Source: Candidatus Magasanikbacteria bacterium RIFOXYC2_FULL_42_28 (GTDB lineage Bacteria > Patescibacteriota > Patescibacteriia > Magasanikbacterales > GWA2-37-8). Taken from it: a stretch of DNA of 64,000 nucleotides. How positions within the stretch are numbered: position 1 is the stretch's first letter; every line of letters begins with the position of its first letter. This document shows, piece after piece, positions 47,534 to 57,600 of the stretch. The notes beneath the pieces were generated by a model, which worked only from the letters and a program-made list of their open reading frames with translations, ran no database searches and was not told the origin of the DNA. Location of the stretch: positions 11,324 to 75,323 of the forward strand of contig MFQZ01000009.1 of NCBI GenBank assembly GCA_001784435.1, read 5' to 3'. A program made the translations under genes and the position numbers.

Positions 47534-49837
47534 ATGTTTCAGAAACAGTTGGCAAAATTTTTTGAGTTTGGGTCGTATATTTTATTGTTGTTATCAGTAT
47601 TGTTGGTGCCGATGGCCATTGATAACCAGCTGGTGAATTCGTATATCATACCAAAACAGTATGTATTAGGGGGATTGGTTTTGCTCGCGGCATTATTTTG
47701 GGCGGCGCGGGCGGTAGTAACTAAAAAGGTTTCTTATATTCAATCATTTGCCGACAAGCCCTTGATTTTATTTCTGTTAGTCGCTTTACTCACGGCAATT
47801 TTTTCTGCCAATCGTAGCAGTTCGTTTTTAGGAGTGGCTGATTATTATATTTTGAGTTTTGCGTCTTTTGTGGTTTCGGTGCTTTTTTATTTTTTAATTG
47901 TTAATCATTTCACCACGGCCAAACGTTGGCGTCTCGGCGTTGATTTGACGGTATTAGTTGGTGGTGTTTCGGCAACGTTATTTTTATTGCGCACTGTTTT
48001 TAATTTTGATGTTTTGTCTAAGTTGGGGATCTCGGCCTGGAATCTGATTGACCCAACTAACACCGCGTTTGGAATTTGGCTCGTTGCTATTTTTATGCTT
48101 TCGGCCGGTCAATTAATCAAGAAAAATTGTCCGGTCGGTCGGTCGTTGTTTAATTTTTTTGTGGCTTTGCTCGCGGTGGCGTGTCTCTTAACTTTAGGGT
48201 TTGATGTTTTGTGGTGGGTGTTGTTGATTGGTTTAGCGTTGCTGTTATTGTTAGGTGTAACATTTTTGCGTGAAGCGCGTTTGGGGTGGTTGACGGTTTT
48301 GTTTGCTCTGCTTGTTACCGATATAATTTTTATCACTTTTAATTCGCCTAAAGTTTTACAGACCAGCGTGCCGGTAGAAGTGGCGCTGGGCGCGCGACCA
48401 TCTTGGGATGTTACCAGCGCGACGCTTGGAGGCGGGGTAAAGAGTTTTCTTTTGGGTTCCGGTTTGGGTACTTTTGGCGTGGATTTTTCTCGTTATCGCA
48501 GTGTGGATTTTAACAACGACCCAGTCGCGTGGTCATTGCGTTTTAATCAACCGTTTAATACTTTATTGGCATTTTTGTCAGAGGGCGGGTTGTTGCTGGC
48601 GTTGGCGTTTGTTTTTGTGGTGGTCTTTTTCTTGGGGCATATTTTGTATGTCTGGCTTGGGCAAAGAGCGGAAGTAATGTTTGGCGGGTTGTCCGGAGAT
48701 TTGGGTTGGAAGTCCGGAGATTTGCGGTTTGAAATATTTTTAGTGTCTTTGGTTTGGGTGCTACTGACTATTTGCACGGGGTTTGCTTTTTTTGGACAAA
48801 GTTTGTGGTGGTTGTGGTGGTTTTTGCTTGGACTTTCCGCCAGCGGTTTGGGTTTTATTTATTCTAAGGCACATAATTTGCGCGAGTGGGAAATAGAAGA
48901 CGCGCCGCAATATAGCTTGTCCTTTTCTTTTATTTTAGTGGTATTGTCAGCCGGGATTGTAATGTCGGGGGTGATTGGGGCGCGAATGTATATGGCGGAA
49001 CGAGCGTACGCGGTCGCGGTTAGAGCCGATGATTTGGATACAGTAGAAATAAATTTAAAAAAGGCGATTAGTTTGCGTGATAATTACAGTGTTTATAATT
49101 TTTATATGGCGCGCTTGTTTTTGTCTCGGGCGGTTGAAGCCAGTAAAAATTCCAATCCAGACCCCGCGGTAATAAGCGCGCTTATGAGTAACGCGGTAAA
49201 TACCGCTCGTCGCGCTACCGATATCGCGCCGGCATCGGTGGGGTTGTGGGAAAATTTAGCCACGATGTATGAAAACGCGGCAGTGATAGTGCCGGAAGCG
49301 CGTGATTGGGCGGTGAAATCTTGGATGAAATGTACTGAATTAGAGCCCACCAACCCGGTCTTGTGGTTGCGACTGGGGAATAATTATTTGGCGAGCGGGA
49401 ATAACGAAGACGCGAAGAAAAGTTTTGAGGAGGCGATAAAATTAAAATCTGATTATGTCGTCGCGAGCATTTCTTTGTCGCAGATTTATGAGACCGAACA
49501 GAATTTTGAAAAGGCGGTTGAAATATACGAAAAAATTATGACCATAGCCGGCAATAACGCGGAGGTGGCTTATAACTATGGTCGTTTGTTGTATAACCGC
49601 AATGCCAAAGGTGATCGCGACGGGGCCGAACAGATTTGGCTAAAAGTGATTGAAGCGCAACCGAATTTCTCCAATGTTTTGTATAGTTTGGGGATGTTGT
49701 ATGAAACGCGTGGCGATAAATATAAAGCGTTAGATTATTATTATCAAGTAAAAGAATTAAATCCGGATAACAAAGATATCACAGCGAAGATTAAATCACT
49801 CGTCGGTGTACCGGTGGCTGAAGTCAATAAAAAATAA
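47534..49837 (+). CDS. O-antigen-ligase-like (GT-C) polytopic membrane protein with C-terminal TPRs
   Basis: More than 12 TM segments; LLGSGLGTF, FNTLLAFLSEGG; TPR repeats. Confidence 0.75.
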   Translation: MFQKQLAKFFEFGSYILLLLSVLLVPMAIDNQLVNSYIIPKQYVLGGLVLLAALFWAARAVVTKKVSYIQSFADKPLILFLLVALLTAIFSANRSSSFLGVADYYILSFASFVVSVLFYFLIVNHFTTAKRWRLGVDLTVLVGGVSATLFLLRTVFNFDVLSKLGISAWNLIDPTNTAFGIWLVAIFMLSAGQLIKKNCPVGRSLFNFFVALLAVACLLTLGFDVLWWVLLIGLALLLLLGVTFLREARLGWLTVLFALLVTDIIFITFNSPKVLQTSVPVEVALGARPSWDVTSATLGGGVKSFLLGSGLGTFGVDFSRYRSVDFNNDPVAWSLRFNQPFNTLLAFLSEGGLLLALAFVFVVVFFLGHILYVWLGQRAEVMFGGLSGDLGWKSGDLRFEIFLVSLVWVLLTICTGFAFFGQSLWWLWWFLLGLSASGLGFIYSKAHNLREWEIEDAPQYSLSFSFILVVLSAGIVMSGVIGARMYMAERAYAVAVRADDLDTVEINLKKAISLRDNYSVYNFYMARLFLSRAVEASKNSNPDPAVISALMSNAVNTARRATDIAPASVGLWENLATMYENAAVIVPEARDWAVKSWMKCTELEPTNPVLWLRLGNNYLASGNNEDAKKSFEEAIKLKSDYVVASISLSQIYETEQNFEKAVEIYEKIMTIAGNNAEVAYNYGRLLYNRNAKGDRDGAEQIWLKVIEAQPNFSNVLYSLGMLYETRGDKYKALDYYYQVKELNPDNKDITAKIKSLVGVPVAEVNKK

Positions 49838-49850
49838 GCGGAATTAATTT

Positions 49851-50489
49851 ATGCGTAATTTTTTGGCAATAATTTTAATCGCGCTTGGGCTTGTGGTTGA
49901 CCCGGTTATTTTGCGCGCGGCGATGTCGTCCACGGATTATTATATTTACGCGGATGATTTTAGTATGGGCGGTGGTTTGAGTACCGGTGGCGAATATAGT
50001 TTACAAGATACGATTGGTCAATCGCCGGTCGACGCAATTAGTGGTGGTAGTTATGCTTTAAGCGCCGGGTATCAATTTCAAACGCTTGGAACAATCAGCA
50101 TGTCAATTTCCAGTTCGTCGTTGAGTTTGGGGACGTTGTCTGCCACGGGCGCGTCGTCAACAGCCGAGACCACGGTTACGGTTATTACTGATTCTGCCAG
50201 TGGGTATGTTTTATCGGTTTCAGATGTAAGTGGCGAAAGTTTAACGCCGGTGGCCGATGACGCGGTGGATGGTAATGGTGATTCCGAGGAGTATGGGTTG
50301 GCGGTGAGCGGGAGTGACGCGGATTTTGCGACCGATGAACCGGTGGCGACCAGTTTAACATTGGCTTCCAATTCTGAAATAGCCAATGGTAACGCGACCG
50401 TTTTGACTTTTAAGGCAATTCGCGGGGTGTCTTCTACCGCCGATACCTATAGCCAGAGTATTACACTTTCGGCAGTGGCGAATTTTTAA
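49851..50489 (+). CDS. Secreted WxL-like surface protein
   Basis: Signal peptide, Ser/Thr-rich beta structure, ends ADTYSQSITLSAVANF. Confidence 0.55.
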   Translation: MRNFLAIILIALGLVVDPVILRAAMSSTDYYIYADDFSMGGGLSTGGEYSLQDTIGQSPVDAISGGSYALSAGYQFQTLGTISMSISSSSLSLGTLSATGASSTAETTVTVITDSASGYVLSVSDVSGESLTPVADDAVDGNGDSEEYGLAVSGSDADFATDEPVATSLTLASNSEIANGNATVLTFKAIRGVSSTADTYSQSITLSAVANF

Positions 50490-50539
50490 TCCCGCTTCGC
50501 CTTTGGCTACGCAGGACAAGTGCCTGATTTAATAGTTTA

Positions 50540-51418
50540 ATGGTCATGAAAAAAATTTTCTTAATTATTTTACTGGGGATTTTGGCACCGACTTTGGGGG
50601 CGCGCGCCTTTTCTTTAAGTCCATTGAAATATATTTTTTCTGTGGAACGTGGTGAAAGCACGGTGATTACAGTAACTCTAAATAATTATGAATCCGGGGT
50701 GATTGCCTTGGAGCCGGCGGTGGTGGGGATGAAAACCGACAAAGCCGGTCGGCCGGTTTATGATAGCACAGCCGAGGTAATTGGTTGGGTAAAGTCGGAT
50801 TGGAATTTTATAAATTTAAAAGAAGGCCAAGGCCAAAAAGTTCATTTTTTAGTTACCGTTCCAGCTGGCGCGTATCCGGGTGATTATTATTTAGGTGTCG
50901 GCGCGAAACGCGTTGCCGGTGTCGGCGCGGTAAGTATCGGTGAGCAACTTTTGACAGTAGTGAATTTGAAAGTGGCTGGAACTGCGCGCGAGGATTTGGT
51001 GGTGAAAAAATTTGAAGTTAGTGGAAAATTTTTTGAAAAAAATAAAAAATTTAATTTGGAAATTGAAAATAAAGGCAATGTGGAAATGCCGATAAGCGCG
51101 GTTTTAAAAATAAGCGATTGGCGTGGGCGGATAATTTTGGAACAGCCGGTTGCGGTGGGAAATAAAATTTTGCCATTAGCATCGCGAGTAGCATCAACCG
51201 ATTTTGTCATTGCGAGGAGCGAAGCGACGCGGCAATCTATCGTGCCGGGTTTGTATCAAGTGGATTTAACAGTTGATTACGGTTTGACTAAACAAAAAAT
51301 TACCGCGGTGGAAAATTTTTGGTATGTGCCAACTTGGACGTTGGGTGTGTTGGTGGGGGTGATTATATTGGTGGGATTAATTATTTTTATTAAAAATAGG
51401 AAAAATTTTGGGTATTAA
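50540..51418 (+). CDS. DUF916/WxL-interacting-like protein with C-terminal TM
   Basis: LSP, VTVPAGAYPGDYY, ENKGNV, C-terminal TM plus basic tail. Confidence 0.6.
   Translation: MVMKKIFLIILLGILAPTLGARAFSLSPLKYIFSVERGESTVITVTLNNYESGVIALEPAVVGMKTDKAGRPVYDSTAEVIGWVKSDWNFINLKEGQGQKVHFLVTVPAGAYPGDYYLGVGAKRVAGVGAVSIGEQLLTVVNLKVAGTAREDLVVKKFEVSGKFFEKNKKFNLEIENKGNVEMPISAVLKISDWRGRIILEQPVAVGNKILPLASRVASTDFVIARSEATRQSIVPGLYQVDLTVDYGLTKQKITAVENFWYVPTWTLGVLVGVIILVGLIIFIKNRKNFGY
51204..51238. repeat. Family A variant half-element in-frame (FVIARSEATRQS)
   Basis: ttgtcattgcgaggagcgaagcgacgcggcaatct. Confidence 0.75.
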
Positions 51419-51427
51419 ATATTACTC

Positions 51428-54400
51428 ATGTTTAGTCCGAAAAAAATATTTTTTACAATTTTGACAGCAGTGCTGGCGGTTGGTTTATCAACCGCCTCTT
51501 TAGTATTAGCCGAAACGCAAACCGGGGGGTTGACAGTGGGGGTTACTATTGGGAGTGACGCTGTTTGTGGAAATGGCGCGGTTGAAGGCGATGAGGCCTG
51601 TGATGCCGGCAGTAGTAACGGGCTTTGTTCCGCGACTTGTAGTACCAGTTGTACGGTTAAGGCCACGACCGATTGTGGTGGCGGTGGCGATACCGACAAT
51701 TCTCCGACAATTTCCAATGTAACCACTACTCTGATTACGGTTAACAGCGCAACGGTGAGCTGGAACGCGACTGATAACAACGGAATTTCCACCTCCACTT
51801 TTGTTTATGGAATTGATATCAATTATGGCAGTAGTGCGACAATATCAGGTTCCAATCCGTATAGCGTAAATTTATTCGGTTTATCTGCCAACACGGTTTA
51901 TTATTTTCAAATTTCCGTTACTGATACTGGCAGTCATACCGTTGAATCTACTGGCAGTTTTACGACTTTATCAACGGCGGTAGGAGATACCATCCCTCCT
52001 AATATTTTTAATGTTATTGTTTCCCCAATCGGCGTAACTATGGCGACAATTTCATTTGATACCAACGAGTTGACGACAGCGCAAATTAAATTTAGTTCCG
52101 ACTTTTCTTATGCCAGCAGTACGGCCTTGGACGCGGTTTTGGCTACCACACACACAATTTCAGTGCTGGGTTTATGGCCGGATACTACCTATCATTTTCA
52201 AATTATCGCCAATGATGAACCGAATAATACCACCACCACTTTGGATGCTACCTTTACTACTTTGCCGGCGCCGGCCGTGGCCGATGTTGGTCATTTTGAA
52301 TTATCACCGTCATTTGAAGCAATTACTTTAAGTTGGGATTTGCCTGATTCTCCGTATTACGACCATATTATATTAAATCGTCAAGTTACCGGCGATCCGG
52401 CCACATTGGTAGAGTTGCCGGTTGATCCATTGGATAGTTTATTTATCGATTATGGGATTGATTTTAATATCAATTATACCTATACGATTTATGTCGTAGA
52501 TATTTTTGACCAACAAAGCCAAGGGGTATCGGTAAATGGCGAAGTTTTAGCATTTGGTTTAGAGGATTGTGATAACGGTGATGTTGACGATGATGGCGAT
52601 GGTGATGCTGATTGTGGTGATTTAGACTCTTGTTTCTCCCACCCCCACTGTGTAATTGAGGAAGTGTGTCATGATGAAAATGGTGATGGCTTGGAAAATT
52701 GTGATGATCCGAGTTGCGCTGGCAATGCGGTATGTTTAGCATTACACGAAGATGAGATTTGCGGTAACTTGTTTAATGATAACGGCGATGATTTTGAAAG
52801 TGATTGCGAAGACCCTGACTGTGCCGGATTCCCCGACCCGCAATGTGTCCTTTTTGATGTCGTGGCTTGTTCGGACCAGCAAGACAACGATGGCGACGGC
52901 CAAATTGATTTTGGCAATGACACCGGTTGCGTGAGCGCTGGTGATAATGACGAAAGTGACGACACGGTGCCGAGTTTTTTACAGTTGAATGTTAATGATA
53001 TTAAATTTTTTGCCGGTAATCGTCAAATTCCTTTGGCGCCGGTTAATGAAGTGGTGAGCAGTTTGGCTGGTAGTAACTTTACTGTGGCGGTCGCGCCGGC
53101 AATTACTCCCCAGGCAGTTACCTTGGTTTTGGAAGGGGCCACTTATCAGTTTGGCTTTAATGCGGTGGATAATATTTATTATTCAGATTTTACTTTGCCA
53201 TTTGTTGGTGTGCATAGCGCTTATTTAAATATTGATTATGGCAATGGCCAACAGGATAGCGTATTGATTAAAATAAATTGTTTGCCTTGGGGGCAAGTGG
53301 AAAGTGGTGGTGAGCTAATTGCGGGCGTGGAAATGTTTTTGCTTGATACCAATAATGAAAAAATATATTTGGGTGAATACGGTCAAACTAATCCGGTTTT
53401 GACGAGCGCGAGCGGGTTATATGGCTGGTCGGTATTGCCTGGTCACTACCTCGTGCGCGCAAACAAGGAGGGATTTTATGAACGGACTGTTCAAATTTAT
53501 GAGGTAAAAAATAATTCCATTAACGCGAATATTGATTTAATTAAAATGCCGACTAATTGGTTAGGGGCCATAGACGCGGCGCGGGGGTTGGCTCTACAAG
53601 CGGTAAATGATGTTGCCGATAATCCGGCAGTGGAGCAAGTCGCCCAGCAGGTAGTGGCGCCGGTGGCAGTAGGGGTGTCAGCGGTGGGGACGATTTTGGT
53701 GGTGCCGTGGTGGAATTTGTTGGCGCTGTTACGTTTCTTATTTTTACAACCGCTTTTACTTATCGGTCGGGGCAAACGCAAACAGTGGGGCATGGTTTAT
53801 AATTCTTTGAGCAAAATGCCAATTGATTTGGCAATCGTGCGTTTGTTTGACGCGACCACCGGCAAATTGTTGCGTTCGCGTGTTACCGACGAACACGGTC
53901 GTTATGCGTTTATTATGCCACCAGGCAAATATCGTCTGCAAGTGGTAAAAATGAATATGACTTTTCCCTCCGTGTTGTTAGCCGGTATTACGCACGACGG
54001 CAATCGGCCGGATATTTATCATGGTGAAGAAATTATTGTTAATGAAAAAAATGTTTTGATTACGGCCAATGTCCCGCTTGATCCGTCCGGAGATGGTAAA
54101 ACGCCGAAACGGATTTTGCGTGAGCGGTTTTGGCGTAAAGTGCAGTCGGGCGTGTCCGGTTTGGGTTTGGTTTTCACTTTGGTCGCGTTATATATTTCAC
54201 CGCGTTGGTATATGTGGGTTTTGGCCGGGGCGCATATTGGTTTGATGTTGGTATTTAGACGTTTGGCAAAACCAAAAACTGCCAAGGGCTGGGGAATTGT
54301 TTCCGATACTGTCACGAGTAAACCGGTGGGGCGCACGGTGGCGCGTTTGTTTGATACCAAATTTAATAAATTGGTGGCCACCGAAGTTACTGATAAACAC

Positions 54401-54562
54401 GGGCGGTATAACTTTTTGGCCGGTGATAATAAGTATTATGTTACCTATGAGCATGAAAATTACGAGACGACTAAGACCGATGTACTGGATTTAACCGGTA
54501 AAGAAGAGGACGCGATCGCGACAGACGCGAAGTTAAAAAAGAAAGATTTATCCACAGAGTAA
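51428..54562 (+). CDS. Large surface protein: FN3-like domains, Cys/Asp-rich repeats, carboxypeptidase-regulatory-like domains, TM segments
   Basis: CGNGAVEGDEACD, ATVSW, DDDGDGDADC repeats, TDEHGRY and TDKHGRY. Confidence 0.8.
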   Translation: MFSPKKIFFTILTAVLAVGLSTASLVLAETQTGGLTVGVTIGSDAVCGNGAVEGDEACDAGSSNGLCSATCSTSCTVKATTDCGGGGDTDNSPTISNVTTTLITVNSATVSWNATDNNGISTSTFVYGIDINYGSSATISGSNPYSVNLFGLSANTVYYFQISVTDTGSHTVESTGSFTTLSTAVGDTIPPNIFNVIVSPIGVTMATISFDTNELTTAQIKFSSDFSYASSTALDAVLATTHTISVLGLWPDTTYHFQIIANDEPNNTTTTLDATFTTLPAPAVADVGHFELSPSFEAITLSWDLPDSPYYDHIILNRQVTGDPATLVELPVDPLDSLFIDYGIDFNINYTYTIYVVDIFDQQSQGVSVNGEVLAFGLEDCDNGDVDDDGDGDADCGDLDSCFSHPHCVIEEVCHDENGDGLENCDDPSCAGNAVCLALHEDEICGNLFNDNGDDFESDCEDPDCAGFPDPQCVLFDVVACSDQQDNDGDGQIDFGNDTGCVSAGDNDESDDTVPSFLQLNVNDIKFFAGNRQIPLAPVNEVVSSLAGSNFTVAVAPAITPQAVTLVLEGATYQFGFNAVDNIYYSDFTLPFVGVHSAYLNIDYGNGQQDSVLIKINCLPWGQVESGGELIAGVEMFLLDTNNEKIYLGEYGQTNPVLTSASGLYGWSVLPGHYLVRANKEGFYERTVQIYEVKNNSINANIDLIKMPTNWLGAIDAARGLALQAVNDVADNPAVEQVAQQVVAPVAVGVSAVGTILVVPWWNLLALLRFLFLQPLLLIGRGKRKQWGMVYNSLSKMPIDLAIVRLFDATTGKLLRSRVTDEHGRYAFIMPPGKYRLQVVKMNMTFPSVLLAGITHDGNRPDIYHGEEIIVNEKNVLITANVPLDPSGDGKTPKRILRERFWRKVQSGVSGLGLVFTLVALYISPRWYMWVLAGAHIGLMLVFRRLAKPKTAKGWGIVSDTVTSKPVGRTVARLFDTKFNKLVATEVTDKHGRYNFLAGDNKYYVTYEHENYETTKTDVLDLTGKEEDAIATDAKLKKKDLSTE

Positions 54563-54602
54563 TTTTATTAAAAATGTGGTATAATATATGGAAGAGAAGT
54601 GA

Positions 54603-57600
54603 GTGATTATGGCAATTATAGGATTGAAAAATTTATTAAAATTATCAAGCCGAATTTTTGTAATATCCGCCATATTTTTGTCCGCAATTTTTAGTTTATG
54701 GTTATGGCAAAATAGCGCGGTCGCGGCGATCGCGCCATCAGTAATTACTTACCAAGGTAAAGTATTAGTAAGCGGTTCACCAGCGTCATCTACTTTATCA
54801 ATGAAGTTTGTTTTGTATGACTCTTTAACTGGTGGCACTGCGCTCTATACTGCTTCCGGCACTTTGCCAACCACGAGCACAATTAGTATTACTCCTTCCA
54901 GTGGTATATTTAGTGTTGATCTTGGTGGTAGTGGTACAAACACGATTGATCCAACTATTTTTCAAAATAACAGTAGTGTATATTTAGAAGTAACCATCGG
55001 CAGTCAAACCCTTACCCCCCGAAAACAAATCACTGCCGCTCCTTATGCTTTCAACGCTAAATATCTAGATGGTCTCGCCACTTCATCATTCGCCAAACTT
55101 GGATCCAATGAAACGGTTACCGGCACTTGGACCTTTTCGGCAACCACGACTATGGTCACGACGACGGTGAGTGGGAGGTTAGGTATTGGGACGACCACGC
55201 CAGATCAAGCGTTGACAGTGGTGGGGAGTATTAGTAATCCGGTGAATGGGAATTCTGGGATAACAGAAATTGCGACTCTATCAACAGGTAACGACCCGTT
55301 TGCGATATTTGTCTCTGGTCGGTATGCTTATGTGGCCAATTCTGCTTCTAGCACCATGACTATAATTGATATTTCTAAACCAACCGTGCCGGTGCAGGTA
55401 GCAACAGTTTCTGTCGGAAATTCACCGCGTTCCGTATTTGTTTCTGGTCGTTATGCGTATGTTGGAAATTATGGACATGGCACTATATCCATCGTGGACG
55501 TGTCTAATCCATTTTCTCCTGTTGTTGTTGCTACCCAGCAGGATTTGCCGGGTATCCCATCTTCTATTTTTATCTCCGGTCGGTATTTGTATACCACCTT
55601 ACAAGGCCAAGATATCTTGGCGGTTGTTGATATATCAGATCCGCTGACTCCGGTTTTGGCTGCGGCTGTCACTGTCGGTGATTACCCACAATCAGTTTTT
55701 GTCTCCGGTCGTTATGCTTATGTGGCGAATAGAGCATCCGGCACCATTTCTGTGGTTGACATATCTAATCCTTTGTCTCCAGTCCAAATTGCCACGACCT
55801 CTGTTGGTGTTTGGCCTAGTTCTATAGCTGTCTCTGGTCGTTATGCTTATGTGGCCCATGATTCTGATTTGTTTATTTCTGTAGTGGACGTGTCTAACCC
55901 CGCTATCCCAGTTCAAGTGGCTACCACCTCTGTCGGTTTTGTACAGTCGTCCGTATTTGTTTCCGGTCGTTATGCGTATTTTAGCACGGGTATTACTGCA
56001 AATGATTTAGGCAATCTTTCGGTTGTGGATATTTTAAATCCGTTGGTACCGGTTTTAGTGGCAACTACGCCGGTTGGAAAAAATCCACAATCAGTTTTTG
56101 TCTCCGGTCGTTATGCTTATGTGGCTAATGCGGGGCCTCTTGCGGGCAATGGTGGGGAAAATACTATTTCCATCATCGATCTCTCCGGCGCCGAATTTTC
56201 CACCCTAATCGCCCACTCCGCCGAAGTCGGCCAAATCCAATCGCGCAATGACATCATCGCTCAAGGCATAGTTGGCGCCAACAGTTTACAAATCGGCAGT
56301 GGTGGTATCCTCTCTAACGGGCCCATCAGTATCACCGCCACCGATACCTATTCTTACTTCGGCGGTGGCATTACCGCCACCGGCACAGTAACCACTACTA
56401 ATTTGGCGGTCATCGGCAATGCCACTTTTGGTGGCACATTGTCGCTGGGCAATACCGACATCACCGGCAATCTTACTGTCTCCGGCAACGCTACTACCAC
56501 TGGTAATCAAGTAATATCCGGCACACTTAATATTTCCGGCACTTCCACTCTCGTTACCACCACTGCCACTGCCTTAACTGTCACTGGCACATCAACTTTA
56601 ACAAATATTTCATCCACTGGCATTTCCAATCTAGGCACTTTAAACGTTTCTGGCAGTACCATTCTTTCTGGCACATTAAATGTAACCGGCACATCAACTT
56701 TGGCCACTACCACCATTTCCAAATTAACCATTAGCAGTCAAGGTATTATTATTTCCAGTAGCACTCCGGTCGTTACTTCTTCCACTTTGTATAATGTTGG
56801 TGACACCCTTTATTGGAACGGCAACGCCTTATCAACCTCTACTGGTAGCGGTTTGCCGTCTAGTATTGATGGCCAAATTTTATTCTCCGCTGGTTCTACT
56901 TGGACCGCGACTTCGGCGATTAGTATTGTGAGTACAACTGGTAATGTTGGTATCGGTACCACCAACCCAGGTACTTTGCTCACAGTCCACAACACCAATA
57001 TCGCTTCGGCCACTTCTTCCACTTTAAAACAATCATATTTATCAGTTGACCAAATGGCCTTGTCACAATTAGAAGGTGGAGCATATTTTGGCCGAACAAA
57101 AATAAAAAATAATAATTGGGTAGTTCAAGTAGCGGATAATTTTGTTTTGAGTGAGGCACCGTTATCTATGAAGGGTTCGGCTGGTTCGGCTGATGGGGAA
57201 ATTTTAGCAATAGTTTTAGATGGCAATCAAATCGGGCTGTTTTCCGGTTTTGATGCTGATGTTCAATTGGTGGCTAGCGTTCAAAATTGGGAGGATATCG
57301 CGATGTCCGTTGATGGTAAAATTATGTCGGCTGTGATTGATAATGGCGGGATTCATCGTTCCATTGATTATGGCGCCACTTGGGCGACCTCATCCGCTTT
57401 GACAAAAAATTGGACAGGTATTGCAATGTCGGCCGATGGTAAATATCAAACGGCCGTGGCCACCGGTGATAGCGTTTATATTTCTGCTGATTTTGGTGTT
57501 ACCTGGATCGCCAAAGACAGCAGTCGCGCTTGGACCGGTGTGGCCATGTCATCGGACGGTAAATTACAAATTGCCACTGTTTCAAGCACCGGCAATATTT

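Noticed and set aside
55300-56130. Regularly spaced ~25-bp DNA repeats (tctggtcgttatgcttatgtgg) resembling a CRISPR array
   Set aside because: They are in-frame VSGRYAYV protein repeats with synonymous variation and ~130-bp spacing; no cas genes are present.
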